64,000 bases of DNA from a virus: IMG/VR virus record IMGVR_UViG_3300014208_000004, positions 1 to 64,000 of that record. The stretch is one strand, 5' to 3'. The position numbers and the translations under genes are program-made. Positions 49,503 to 58,916 of the stretch are shown in pieces. Numbering within the stretch: position 1 is the stretch's first letter; the number at the start of each line of letters is the position of its first letter. Below the pieces are notes generated by a model that did no database searches, was not told where the DNA came from, and saw only the letters and a program-made list of their open reading frames with translations.

Positions 49503-49595
49503 ATGGAAATAATAATTAGTGTGATAGCCTTACTTACAATTTTATGCATTAAAATATTTCACATTATTTATAACTATCCAAAAATTGACGAATAA
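49503..49595 (+). CDS. 30-aa single-TM peptide
   Basis: MEIIISVIALLTILCIKIFHIIYNYPKIDE; below the ORF-track cutoff. Confidence 0.35.
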   Translation: MEIIISVIALLTILCIKIFHIIYNYPKIDE

Positions 49596-49626
49596 TATTT
49601 AATAATTAATAAAAAAGGATAACACA

Positions 49627-50043
49627 ATGAAAAAGATTTTATTTTTAGTAATACTAACCATAGGGATATTATCGGCGCAAGACATAGAAGTATTCAACAA
49701 TAAAACATTGATAAACAGTCAAAGCGATACAAGCGCAGTTATTATAGACGTACCAACCTTCAAACAAATTTCAGGATTTTTTTCCAGCAATGATAGCACC
49801 AATGGTATACTTTATACTGATTATCGATTAAAAGACGGACAAAAATTTGCGGTGGCAACCGCAGAAACCATTACGGTAGCCAGCTCCACGGGAGCAGGAT
49901 ACGGAACAGCTATTCGCAGTCATTGGAATGACAAAGTTCCAGGATCACATCAGTTGCGATTCAGATTTGTTACCTTGTCCAGCGGTAATAATACTCAGGC
50001 AACCATAAAAAGATATAATTTTAATTTAAGTATAGAAAAATAA
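49627..50043 (+). CDS. Signal-peptide beta-rich protein after the portal gene
   Basis: MKKILFLVILTIGILSA|Q; DTS and DST motifs; C-terminal QLRFRF strand. Confidence 0.65.
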   Translation: MKKILFLVILTIGILSAQDIEVFNNKTLINSQSDTSAVIIDVPTFKQISGFFSSNDSTNGILYTDYRLKDGQKFAVATAETITVASSTGAGYGTAIRSHWNDKVPGSHQLRFRFVTLSSGNNTQATIKRYNFNLSIEK

Positions 50044-50068
50044 CCAATCCAACAGAGCGCAATACCCG

Positions 50069-50103
50069 AAGCCCTACCCTAAAAAGTAGGGCTTATTTAT
50101 TTC
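50069..50103 (+). terminator. Intrinsic terminator
   Basis: AAGCCCTAC / GTAGGGCTT stem followed by ATTTATTT. Confidence 0.75.
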
Positions 50104-50156
50104 TAAAATAGGGCTTGACAATAAATAAGATAAAGATGTATATTACAGCAGACAGA
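50096..50156 (+). promoter_or_regulatory. Repeated promoter cassette, copy 2
   Basis: TTTATTTCTAAAATAGGGC-TTGACA-ataaATAAGATAaagatg-TATATT. Confidence 0.85.
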
Positions 50157-50192
50157 AAAACAACCCATACACATAATAGACAGGAGATAATC

Positions 50193-50555
50193 ATGGATAT
50201 CACAAAAAAAATTGCTCAAGAAATATCTGCAGAAGCTGTAAAAGCCCTTCAAGAAGTAGCCAAGAAATTTAATCTGGAAGTAACAGCAAACGGGGGAATA
50301 ATTGATCCGAATACTTTTACTGCAAAGTTCAAATTTTCCACGCCGTTGAAAGTAAACCCCGATGCAAATCTAACAGAAGAATATCTACGATTTGGATTAG
50401 CCCCACGAGGAACACCAGTTATATGCAGTAAAGGAGAACGGGGAATAATTGTAGAGGCAAGACGTAGTAAGTATGTTGTAGAAATAAAAGGGAAACAATA
50501 TACAACACCATTCACGGGAGTAAAATTAGTACCAAAAGAAACGGCGAAATCATAA
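50193..50555 (+). CDS. Hypothetical protein
   Basis: RBS AGGAG before ATG 50193. Confidence 0.6.
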   Translation: MDITKKIAQEISAEAVKALQEVAKKFNLEVTANGGIIDPNTFTAKFKFSTPLKVNPDANLTEEYLRFGLAPRGTPVICSKGERGIIVEARRSKYVVEIKGKQYTTPFTGVKLVPKETAKS

Positions 50556-50556
50556 T

Positions 50557-52041
50557 ATGATAACAGCCGAAGAATTTTATCCAACGCCCAAGGCAATCAT
50601 TAGAAAAATGATAGAGCCGTATAAAAAATTATCCGACCTTACCATATTAGACCCATCGGCAGGACGAGGAGGGATACTTGATTTTATCCGAACACGGCAA
50701 GGAGAACATTACTTGCCAAACTTCTATTGTTGTGAAATTGATAAAGATTTACAATTCCAACTGAGAGAAAAAAAATATAAACTCATTGCAGAAGACTTCC
50801 TAGAGTATAGGGGAGATTACTACTTTGACTTGATATTGATGAACCCGCCGTTCAGCAACGGGGATGAACACCTACTCCACGCATGGGATATTCTCATTGA
50901 GGGGGATATATGTTGCTTATTGAATGCAGAGACACTTCTCAATCCCTATTCCGAGAAAAGAAAACTTTTAGCCAAGATCATTGAAGACAACCAAGGAACT
51001 GTTGAAGACCTTGGAGATTGCTTCTTTACCGCCGAGCGCAGAACATCCGTTCAGGTATCAATGGTAAGACTAAAGAAAAAAGCCAAGGATGATAAATTAC
51101 GATTTAATTTTGAACCAACTTCAACAGAAGCACATCCTGAATTAACCGAAGACACTCTAAAGAATGAAATAGCAACCAGGGACGTAATTCAAAATATGGT
51201 TATCCAGTATGAAGCATTAAAAATTCAATTTGTATCCCACATTAAAGGAATAGAGGGACTACAATATTATTCCCAAGGACTTCTTACAGACAACGAAAGT
51301 ATTATGGGAATAGTAGAGAACTCACTAAACGGGATGAGTAAATGTACACCCCACGACAAATACAATTCATTTTGCGATAATGTAAAACAAGAACTATGGA
51401 AGACCGTCATTAATAAGATGGGGATGGATCGATACATGACGGCAAACGTCAGGGAGAATTTTTCCCAGTTTATTGAACAACAGGGAGCGATGGACTTCAC
51501 AAAAGAAAATGTTTTGAATATCGTAAAGACATTACTATTAAACGGAAGCACGATCCTTGATAAAGCCGTTGTAGATGTATTCGATATATTTACAAAATAC
51601 TATGATGAGAATCGATCCTATCCAGAGGGATGGAAAACAAACGATAGTTGGAAAGTAAACCGCCGAGTAATACTTCCACGATTTGTAGAAAATGGATGGG
51701 GAGACAACTTCACAACATCGGGACGATACAACGAATATAGCGACATTGACCGGGTAATGTGTTATTTGACAGGCAAACACTATGAAGACTTTACCACACC
51801 CGTGAAAGATTATCCATACGGCACAAAAGATATTGACAAAGAATTCAAAATAATGAGCCTAGAACAAGCAGTAAAACGTACACGATGTGGAGACTCTAGC
51901 AGGAAGGAATCAGAATTCTTTTTCCTACGTTGTTACAAAAAAGGAACACTCCACATTGAATTCAAAGATAAAGACCTTTGGGATCGTTTCAATATTAAAG
52001 CAGTAGAAGGGAAAAAATGGCTTCCCGACTCCACAGAATAA
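50557..52041 (+). CDS. Adenine DNA methyltransferase with DUF4942-like C-terminus
   Basis: EFYPTP, ILDPSAGRG and MNPPF; C-terminal GWKTND and FFFLRCYKKGTLHIEF. Confidence 0.85.
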   Translation: MITAEEFYPTPKAIIRKMIEPYKKLSDLTILDPSAGRGGILDFIRTRQGEHYLPNFYCCEIDKDLQFQLREKKYKLIAEDFLEYRGDYYFDLILMNPPFSNGDEHLLHAWDILIEGDICCLLNAETLLNPYSEKRKLLAKIIEDNQGTVEDLGDCFFTAERRTSVQVSMVRLKKKAKDDKLRFNFEPTSTEAHPELTEDTLKNEIATRDVIQNMVIQYEALKIQFVSHIKGIEGLQYYSQGLLTDNESIMGIVENSLNGMSKCTPHDKYNSFCDNVKQELWKTVINKMGMDRYMTANVRENFSQFIEQQGAMDFTKENVLNIVKTLLLNGSTILDKAVVDVFDIFTKYYDENRSYPEGWKTNDSWKVNRRVILPRFVENGWGDNFTTSGRYNEYSDIDRVMCYLTGKHYEDFTTPVKDYPYGTKDIDKEFKIMSLEQAVKRTRCGDSSRKESEFFFLRCYKKGTLHIEFKDKDLWDRFNIKAVEGKKWLPDSTE

Positions 52042-52121
52042 AATAAAACTTGAATTAGCAATATAATTTATCCGTATATTTATTTCAGATATATTCAATA
52101 CCAACAATAGGAATAGAGACC

Positions 52122-52334
52122 ATGACCGAAGCAGCAGAAAGTCTTATCAACGCAATTAACGAACCGGCATTAAAACGAAAACATATTGCATTAGGATATA
52201 GAAGATTAATTCTTTCAAAGGAGAATGACCAAGAAGTAATATCAAAAATTAACCAAGCGATCATAAAACGATGGAGTAATTCCGCATTGCTTTTCATTAA
52301 AAATTTAGCATGGAGTGGTAAACCAATAAAGTAA
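52122..52334 (+). CDS. Hypothetical protein
   Basis: INQAIIKRWS and IKNLAW motifs. Confidence 0.55.
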   Translation: MTEAAESLINAINEPALKRKHIALGYRRLILSKENDQEVISKINQAIIKRWSNSALLFIKNLAWSGKPIK

Positions 52335-52339
52335 AAATC

Positions 52340-52570
52340 ATGTCAGATTTATTCAATCAGCCAGAACATATTCCAGTTAAGACCAAGGGACGAAAGAAAA
52401 ACGAAGACCAACTCATTGAGACAGTCAAAAAAATTGGATGCAATTGCCCTTTGATTGAATCAGAAACAATGATTAAGAATAAAGACATACTCGGAAATCC
52501 AAGTATTAATTATAATGGAAAATTAATGTGGTATTGTAAAATTCATAAATGTGAAAGGGCATCAAAATGA
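52340..52570 (+). CDS. Hypothetical protein
   Basis: Short ORF with Cys pairs. Confidence 0.5.
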   Translation: MSDLFNQPEHIPVKTKGRKKNEDQLIETVKKIGCNCPLIESETMIKNKDILGNPSINYNGKLMWYCKIHKCERASK

Positions 52571-53340
52571 AGATCGATAAAACAAAAGTAATTGAACAAG
52601 CAAAATCATTGTTTAATCCAACAACATTGATATTAATTATAACTGTAATTGGAGTAACATATTTTGTCCTGCCATCAAAAGAAACAATTAGTTATCAGGA
52701 TCATGTTATTGTCAAACCAGACGAAGCACAAATAGCCAGAATTACAGCCGAGTACGAAAGAAAACTTGTTGAAAAACAATCACTGATTGATAAATTAACA
52801 GGCCAGAATAAACCATCCCACCCGCCGACAGGCACAATCGGAAAACCAGATAAACCACCGATTGATGAAGACGTACTTCCACCAATAGGAGTAACACCGC
52901 TCCCTAAAGATACATTAATATATGATACATTAACAGTTCCAATGGAATCAAGTAAAATGGAAAAAGAATATGCTTACGATTTTCCATTATCAATAATCAC
53001 AGATCGAAATGAAATCCGTATCCTTACATTCAATCCATATTTATTTGCACTCGGAAAAAATTACGTAAAGTCATATACATTCCAAAGAGACAATGAAGAT
53101 TTTTTCATTATAGCAAGGCATACAAATAATGAAAACACTTTAGATGGAATAACAATGACTTTCAGTGAAAGATTTTTTACATTTGACGGAGTATGGATCG
53201 GAGGAGGAAGTGGATTCCCTAAACAATGGTATTTATCTTTAGATGCAGAATTTACAATTTATCAGCGATTAAAAGTAATTCCAAAACTCACTTCAACGCC
53301 ATTTATTGGCATTGATGTACGATACAGATTATTCAAATAG
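52567..53340 (+). CDS. Membrane-anchored protein, possibly spanin-like
   Basis: N-terminal TM, coiled coil, Pro-rich linker, C-terminal amphipathic beta strands ending IGIDVRYRLFK. Confidence 0.45.
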   Translation: MKIDKTKVIEQAKSLFNPTTLILIITVIGVTYFVLPSKETISYQDHVIVKPDEAQIARITAEYERKLVEKQSLIDKLTGQNKPSHPPTGTIGKPDKPPIDEDVLPPIGVTPLPKDTLIYDTLTVPMESSKMEKEYAYDFPLSIITDRNEIRILTFNPYLFALGKNYVKSYTFQRDNEDFFIIARHTNNENTLDGITMTFSERFFTFDGVWIGGGSGFPKQWYLSLDAEFTIYQRLKVIPKLTSTPFIGIDVRYRLFK

Positions 53341-53350
53341 GAGAACAATT

Positions 53351-53470
53351 ATGGAAATTATAATTGGATCAGTAATCTATCTAATAGTAATAGCGTTATT
53401 TATTGCATTTGGTAAATTTTTGAAAGAATGCGATGAAGGAACCAGTCAAATGCATGTAGGTAAAAAATGA
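53351..53470 (+). CDS. 39-aa single-TM peptide
   Basis: RBS AGGAG; MEIIIGSVIYLIVIALFIAFGK; ATGA overlap with the next gene. Confidence 0.5.
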   Translation: MEIIIGSVIYLIVIALFIAFGKFLKECDEGTSQMHVGKK

Positions 53471-53826
53471 AAATAAAACTCTTTATCGGAAAAGAAACTG
53501 GGATTGCATTAGAGCGAACCCCAGAAGAATATAAACTGATGGAACAGGATCAGTTATTCAAACAGCAATTAAAATTATCAAAAGTTCCAATGCCAAAAGG
53601 AACAGGAGATACATATACAAATTGCACAATAACACATCGGGAACCAGTTATCGTTCCACAGCCCATGATGATGATGCAAAAGCCACAAACCACGGTAGCC
53701 ATAAATCCAGAGTTTATTGAAAAAGCAACCGATTACACGGCAATGCACACGGGACAAAATACAGACGTTGTATCTAAGGTCATTGATTCACTACTACAAT
53801 ATTTTAGAGACAGGGGAATAATATAA
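53467..53826 (+). CDS. Hypothetical protein
   Basis: Coupled ORF. Confidence 0.5.
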   Translation: MKIKLFIGKETGIALERTPEEYKLMEQDQLFKQQLKLSKVPMPKGTGDTYTNCTITHREPVIVPQPMMMMQKPQTTVAINPEFIEKATDYTAMHTGQNTDVVSKVIDSLLQYFRDRGII

Positions 53827-54947
53827 TGATACACGAACATGAAATAGTAAAGGGTATCAGGGCAGACGTAGGAAAGATAGGACACATGAAAGAACTGCAA
53901 CAACTTGAAATCCTATTCTACAACTCCATGGATATTCCGGGACTTCTTTTAAGACTCAATGAGTATCTTAACAAGAACGTTGACCTTGACAAGCCCTTGC
54001 AGTTGAAAGACCTTCAGGGAGTGGACTCATTTGTAAAATCATTTTTTGTGAAAAAGATCATTACAGAAAATGAGTTATGGATAGTCAGAGGATTTGTTAT
54101 TGGTAAAGTTCTGGAAGCACAAGAAAAAATGCCAACGATATACCAGCCGATGATTGACATCAACAAACTTCCAAAAACCGTAAAGGATGCAGCAAAGGAT
54201 TACAATCTCACATTGCGGGAAACAAAAGCATTGGAGTATACCGTCAGTGAAGGAATGAAGAACCTTACCAACGCAACACTAGATACGATTCGAAGATCAA
54301 ACGCAATCCTATTTGACAATATTAAGAACCGCCGAGGAACCAAAGAGCTCAGGGATGCACTGCAGAACGAATTTCTATTGGATGAAGGAGAAGTCAACAG
54401 GAATTGGAAGAAAGTTGCAATCAGTGAGACCAACAACGCATTCAATCAGGGATTTATATCACAAGTAAAACAAGGTGAATGGGTATACGGACTCTCTCTA
54501 AAGGATCGATGTGAACATTGCGGGGCACTCATTGATGGGAAGTTCTATCCAGTGATACGCATCCCGTCAGAGGATCTCAATTACAGCAACCTTAATCCGA
54601 AAAGCAATGAATATAAACGTCTATCCTGGATATGGCAGAACGGAATTTGGGCAGGGAAAGACAATCTTGGTAGAAGCGGATCAAAGAAGAAGCGCATCGA
54701 TAGCGATACAGGCAACAAAAAAGAAAACCTTATTGACCGTGAAGACCATGAGATATACACCCCGGTAATTCCAATGCATCCATACTGCAGATGTAGATGG
54801 ATACATTTCTATCCAGACAAACAATACCTTGACTCCAATGGAAATATCAAATTGCGATTGATGGACGAGGGAGCATGGCAAAAGTTTTACGATAAACACA
54901 TCCAGCCAATAATTCACGAATTTGCAAAGAGAAATATTAAGTTATGA
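53826..54947 (+). CDS. Minor head morphogenesis protein (Mu gpF/SPP1 gp7-like)
   Basis: NRNWKKVAISETNNAFNQG, CEHC and PMHPYCRCRW motifs. Confidence 0.8.
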   Translation: MIHEHEIVKGIRADVGKIGHMKELQQLEILFYNSMDIPGLLLRLNEYLNKNVDLDKPLQLKDLQGVDSFVKSFFVKKIITENELWIVRGFVIGKVLEAQEKMPTIYQPMIDINKLPKTVKDAAKDYNLTLRETKALEYTVSEGMKNLTNATLDTIRRSNAILFDNIKNRRGTKELRDALQNEFLLDEGEVNRNWKKVAISETNNAFNQGFISQVKQGEWVYGLSLKDRCEHCGALIDGKFYPVIRIPSEDLNYSNLNPKSNEYKRLSWIWQNGIWAGKDNLGRSGSKKKRIDSDTGNKKENLIDREDHEIYTPVIPMHPYCRCRWIHFYPDKQYLDSNGNIKLRLMDEGAWQKFYDKHIQPIIHEFAKRNIKL

Positions 54948-55195
54948 TCGGTAAATTAAGGCCATTAACAGTCCAGAGACAGGAGATAGCAGAACTTGCC
55001 AAGGCACGGGATGAATTTGATGAACACTTCCCACAGACACCGGCACAAGAAAAGTTTTGCAACAGCGTTGATGAATTAATAGAGAAGTTGAAAGATTTGA
55101 CGGCGTTTGAAAAAATAACTTACAATGATACAGATTGGTTAAATTCACTCATTGAACACCAACAAATAAAATTGTATGAGTTACAAAATAATTAA
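54944..55195 (+). CDS. Hypothetical protein
   Basis: Coupled ORF. Confidence 0.5.
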   Translation: MIGKLRPLTVQRQEIAELAKARDEFDEHFPQTPAQEKFCNSVDELIEKLKDLTAFEKITYNDTDWLNSLIEHQQIKLYELQNN

Positions 55196-55370
55196 TACCG
55201 AAGGCAAAATATTTGTTCAGCCACCAGAACTAGTAGGTATATATCCAGAAAATTATCCAGTGCAAGTTGGAGTATGGATAGATGAAGAAAAAGAAGAAGT
55301 AGAATTCAACTACATTTACACACCAGCGGGAATGATTTGCAACGGATATACAATTAAAGAAAAACAGTGA
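55176..55370 (+). CDS. Hypothetical protein
   Basis: Coupled ORF. Confidence 0.45.
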   Translation: MSYKIINTEGKIFVQPPELVGIYPENYPVQVGVWIDEEKEEVEFNYIYTPAGMICNGYTIKEKQ

Positions 55371-55945
55371 TTATCACAGCAGAGCACATCCAGGCAAACG
55401 TAAAATATTTAGGGCAGACAACTTTCAGTAAGGAGATATTGAAAGATAGTCTAGAACTTGCCCAGAAACGGATAGAAGCCAGCAAGCAATACATGCAAGA
55501 CCACGAGCGAACAGACCGAGGATGGAACAACGAACACATAGCACGGATAGGAACGCTTGCAGAAATGATTGCTATAAAATATCTAACCGACAATAAAATC
55601 CCGCATCACAACTTTGCAGCAACCACGGAAGGAATAAACACCAATCCAGATATCATTGTAGGAGAACACAACTACGATGTTAAAGGGATAGATGTTGTTA
55701 TCAAAGAATTCCGGGTAAACTTCAATGCACATTGGAGAAAAGAAAAGCGAGTAACAGACTATTGGTTCATAAAAATAACCGGGACAGCCCACGCCGATCA
55801 TTATCTTTGCAATAAAAACTTCATAACTCAATGGCAGATCAATGATAAAAGTTACTCAAAATTTTATTTCTTGCCTGAGAGCGATATTATTTCAGCACAA
55901 CTTCCAATCGTTTCCATTCCACAACTAGCAATGCCATTTGAATAA
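55367..55945 (+). CDS. PD-(D/E)xK nuclease-like protein
   Basis: GTLAEMIA, PDII and YDVKG. Confidence 0.55.
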   Translation: MIITAEHIQANVKYLGQTTFSKEILKDSLELAQKRIEASKQYMQDHERTDRGWNNEHIARIGTLAEMIAIKYLTDNKIPHHNFAATTEGINTNPDIIVGEHNYDVKGIDVVIKEFRVNFNAHWRKEKRVTDYWFIKITGTAHADHYLCNKNFITQWQINDKSYSKFYFLPESDIISAQLPIVSIPQLAMPFE

Positions 55946-55966
55946 TAGGAAAGACAGGATAGCCAG

Positions 55967-56215
55967 ATGACAATCAGATTAATAGAGTACGATACAGTCC
56001 AGCTTTACATTGACCAAGTGCCAAGCCTTGAACACGAAACAATCATTGTAGAAGTCCCGCAACAAGAAATTGATAAATCACTTCAATACAACGATAGCAA
56101 AGAAGCATTGAGAATATTTCTTGTAGGTTACGCTCAGTCAAAAATCAACGACTTATTGACTTCATTGAAAAACAAACCCTCAGTATATCGTTACCGCCCA
56201 CCAATGGCACTATAA
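55967..56215 (+). CDS. Hypothetical protein
   Basis: RBS AGGA. Confidence 0.5.
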   Translation: MTIRLIEYDTVQLYIDQVPSLEHETIIVEVPQQEIDKSLQYNDSKEALRIFLVGYAQSKINDLLTSLKNKPSVYRYRPPMAL

Positions 56216-56297
56216 ATAGTAATTGCATCGTTTCCGATAAACATATATATTAATACACAGTTACCGACAAAATAAATAGATTAATAGCCAACCCAAA

Positions 56298-57434
56298 ATG
56301 AATAAACCCAAAATACTCCAATGGTATAATTGCTACGATGATTCCAATAAAAAATGGATTACATCGGAGAGTATGACCCACCCAGCGAAAATGTCAGTAG
56401 GACTCTGTAAACGAATCTATAAATTCTTAGAAGAAATTCAGGCAATAAAAAAAGGAGACTTGATTATCGATCCATTTGGAGGGATTGCAATGACTGGACT
56501 CATTGGATCTCATTCGGGATATAAAGTTATCACGGTAGAATTAGAGCCAAAATTCGTAAAACTTGGTAATGAAAATATTGACAAACATATTATTAATTTA
56601 TCTCGAATGGTTTTACCATTCCCAGAACACATCCAAGGAGACAGCCGCAATCTTGTAGAGATAATAAAACGAAAATGTAGTAGTATAATATCCAGCCCAC
56701 CTTATGCAGACACAGCAATACAAAAATCTGCAAAAGGAGTAAACCTAGAAAAACAATATAAAAGTTATCAGGCATCGGGAGGAGGACAAACTTTTGAACA
56801 GTTCAAAACAACACAATTAAAGCATTCTCTAGGATATGGATATTCCGAAGGACAAATAGGAGCACTTAAATCAGGGAACGCCGATGGAATTATTTCTTCA
56901 CCACCATACGAGGGCATTAGTACTGGACAGGGAGGGCTTAATACAAAACCATCGAAGAACGGGAAAGGACAGACGGGAAGAAATCCAAAACTTGCATCAC
57001 AAAACACCGATCAAAAATATGGTATCAGCCCTGGACAAATATCCAGATTAAAAGGAGGAGCAATAAACTCTATCATTGAAAAGAAAGAGGAGAAAAAAGA
57101 AACATATTGGGAAGCAATGTATAAAGTATATTCCCAGTGTTATGAAATTCTAAAGGATGATGGATCAATTGCTATAGTAGTAAAAGATTTTGTCAGGAAG
57201 GGGAAAATTATTCCATTGGGGGATGACACCGTAAAACTTTTAGAACATATTGGATTCAAAACCGAATATCGAATTCACGCAATGGTAATACAAGACCTTG
57301 GATCAACAGATATGTTTACAGGAAACCACGGAAGAAAGTCCCGGAAAAGTTTTTTCCGAAGACTACAGGAACAAAAAGGAAGCCCGGAAATTAACTGGGA
57401 AGAAGTTATCATTGCACGAAAACAAAGCCGATGA
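56298..57434 (+). CDS. N4-C/N6-A DNA methyltransferase with duplicated SPPY motif
   Basis: HPAKMS, DPFGGI, VELE, QGDSR and two ISSPPY units. Confidence 0.8.
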   Translation: MNKPKILQWYNCYDDSNKKWITSESMTHPAKMSVGLCKRIYKFLEEIQAIKKGDLIIDPFGGIAMTGLIGSHSGYKVITVELEPKFVKLGNENIDKHIINLSRMVLPFPEHIQGDSRNLVEIIKRKCSSIISSPPYADTAIQKSAKGVNLEKQYKSYQASGGGQTFEQFKTTQLKHSLGYGYSEGQIGALKSGNADGIISSPPYEGISTGQGGLNTKPSKNGKGQTGRNPKLASQNTDQKYGISPGQISRLKGGAINSIIEKKEEKKETYWEAMYKVYSQCYEILKDDGSIAIVVKDFVRKGKIIPLGDDTVKLLEHIGFKTEYRIHAMVIQDLGSTDMFTGNHGRKSRKSFFRRLQEQKGSPEINWEEVIIARKQSR

Positions 57435-58915
57435 AATTAAACCACGTATACACTGGACACAATCTTGAGATATTAAAGTCTTATCCAGACAATAGTATTG
57501 ACTCAGTAGTAACAGACAGTCCCTATGGACTCAGTAAAGAACCCAACCCAACAGCATTAATCCAAGCATGGATTGACCACGGATATTTAGAGCAAACTGG
57601 AAAAGGATTTATGAACAAGGCATGGGATGCATTCGTACCACAGCCAATATTTTGGAAAGAAGTATTCCGAGTATTGAAACCGGGAGGATATTGCCTATCA
57701 TTTTTTGGAACCCGTACATACGACTGGGGAGTATTGGCAATGAGACTTGCAGGATTTGAAGTAAGAGATTCAATCCTTTGGATATATGGAAGCGGATTCC
57801 CAAAAAGCTTAGACATATCAAAAGCTATTGATGATAAATTAGGATGGGAAAGAAAAATTAAAGGACAGTATCAGCATCCAGACGGTGGAAAAAGAAAGTA
57901 TGAAAAACACAACACTTCAAAAGGTGAGATACCTTATGGACATAATAAAGGAAAGAAAAGAGATATCACAGAACCATCTACACCAGAAGCAATTAAGTGG
58001 AACGGATGGGGAACAAATCTAAAGCCAGCAGTTGAGCCAATAGTAGTATGTAGAAAGCCAATCAGTGAAAGCACCATAGCAGATAATGTTTTGAAATGGG
58101 GAACCGGAGGGATTAACATTGATGCAACGAGAATTGGAATTGAAGAAAGAACTTATAAAGGAAGTGGAAAACAAAAACAAAAATTATCAAATCACGAAAA
58201 AGGAGATACCGGAATTGGATACATGGATGGAAATGGAAAAGATATTGAATTTACTGTTAATGGACGTTTTCCTTCTAACATAATTCTAAACGAAGAATCA
58301 GCAAAAATTCTTGACCAACAATCAGGGATATTAAAATCAGGAAAGATGGATCAAAACATCACAGGTAAGACCGGCAACATCTATGGTAAACAATACGACA
58401 GGAGAGTAACAGGGATAGGAGATACAGGCTACGCCAGCAGATTTTTTTACATTGCAAAGCCATCACAGTATGAAAGAAACCTTGGATGTGAGAACATAGA
58501 AGCAAAGACCCACGGACACAACCTAACAGACAGATGTAAAAAATGTGGAGGAAGAATACACCAGAACCCAGACCTTCCATCGGCATGTAAATGTGAAGAA
58601 CCAGAAAGGGAGCATTTATCAGCAAAAGGAAATTCCCACCCAACGGTAAAACCAGTCAGATTAATGCAACACCTTGTAAAACTTGTCACTCCCAAGGGAG
58701 GAACAATCCTTGACCCATTCCTTGGAAGCGGAACAACAGCCATTGCAGCAAAGATTGAAGGATTCAATTTCATCGGGATAGAGCAAGATGAACATTCAGT
58801 TTTGATTGCCAACGCCCGGATAAAGAATTGGAAGAAATATATTTTCCTTGACAGTAAAGACAGACCCGATCCAGTACCAGAAAATCAAACAGACCTATTC
58901 ACGGAGACAGAATAA
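57431..58915 (+). CDS. Site-specific DNA methyltransferase (N6/N4, beta class)
   Basis: VTDSPYG, WIYGSGFPKS, HPTVKP and LDPFLGSGTT motifs. Confidence 0.9.
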   Translation: MKLNHVYTGHNLEILKSYPDNSIDSVVTDSPYGLSKEPNPTALIQAWIDHGYLEQTGKGFMNKAWDAFVPQPIFWKEVFRVLKPGGYCLSFFGTRTYDWGVLAMRLAGFEVRDSILWIYGSGFPKSLDISKAIDDKLGWERKIKGQYQHPDGGKRKYEKHNTSKGEIPYGHNKGKKRDITEPSTPEAIKWNGWGTNLKPAVEPIVVCRKPISESTIADNVLKWGTGGINIDATRIGIEERTYKGSGKQKQKLSNHEKGDTGIGYMDGNGKDIEFTVNGRFPSNIILNEESAKILDQQSGILKSGKMDQNITGKTGNIYGKQYDRRVTGIGDTGYASRFFYIAKPSQYERNLGCENIEAKTHGHNLTDRCKKCGGRIHQNPDLPSACKCEEPEREHLSAKGNSHPTVKPVRLMQHLVKLVTPKGGTILDPFLGSGTTAIAAKIEGFNFIGIEQDEHSVLIANARIKNWKKYIFLDSKDRPDPVPENQTDLFTETE

Positions 58916-58916
58916 A

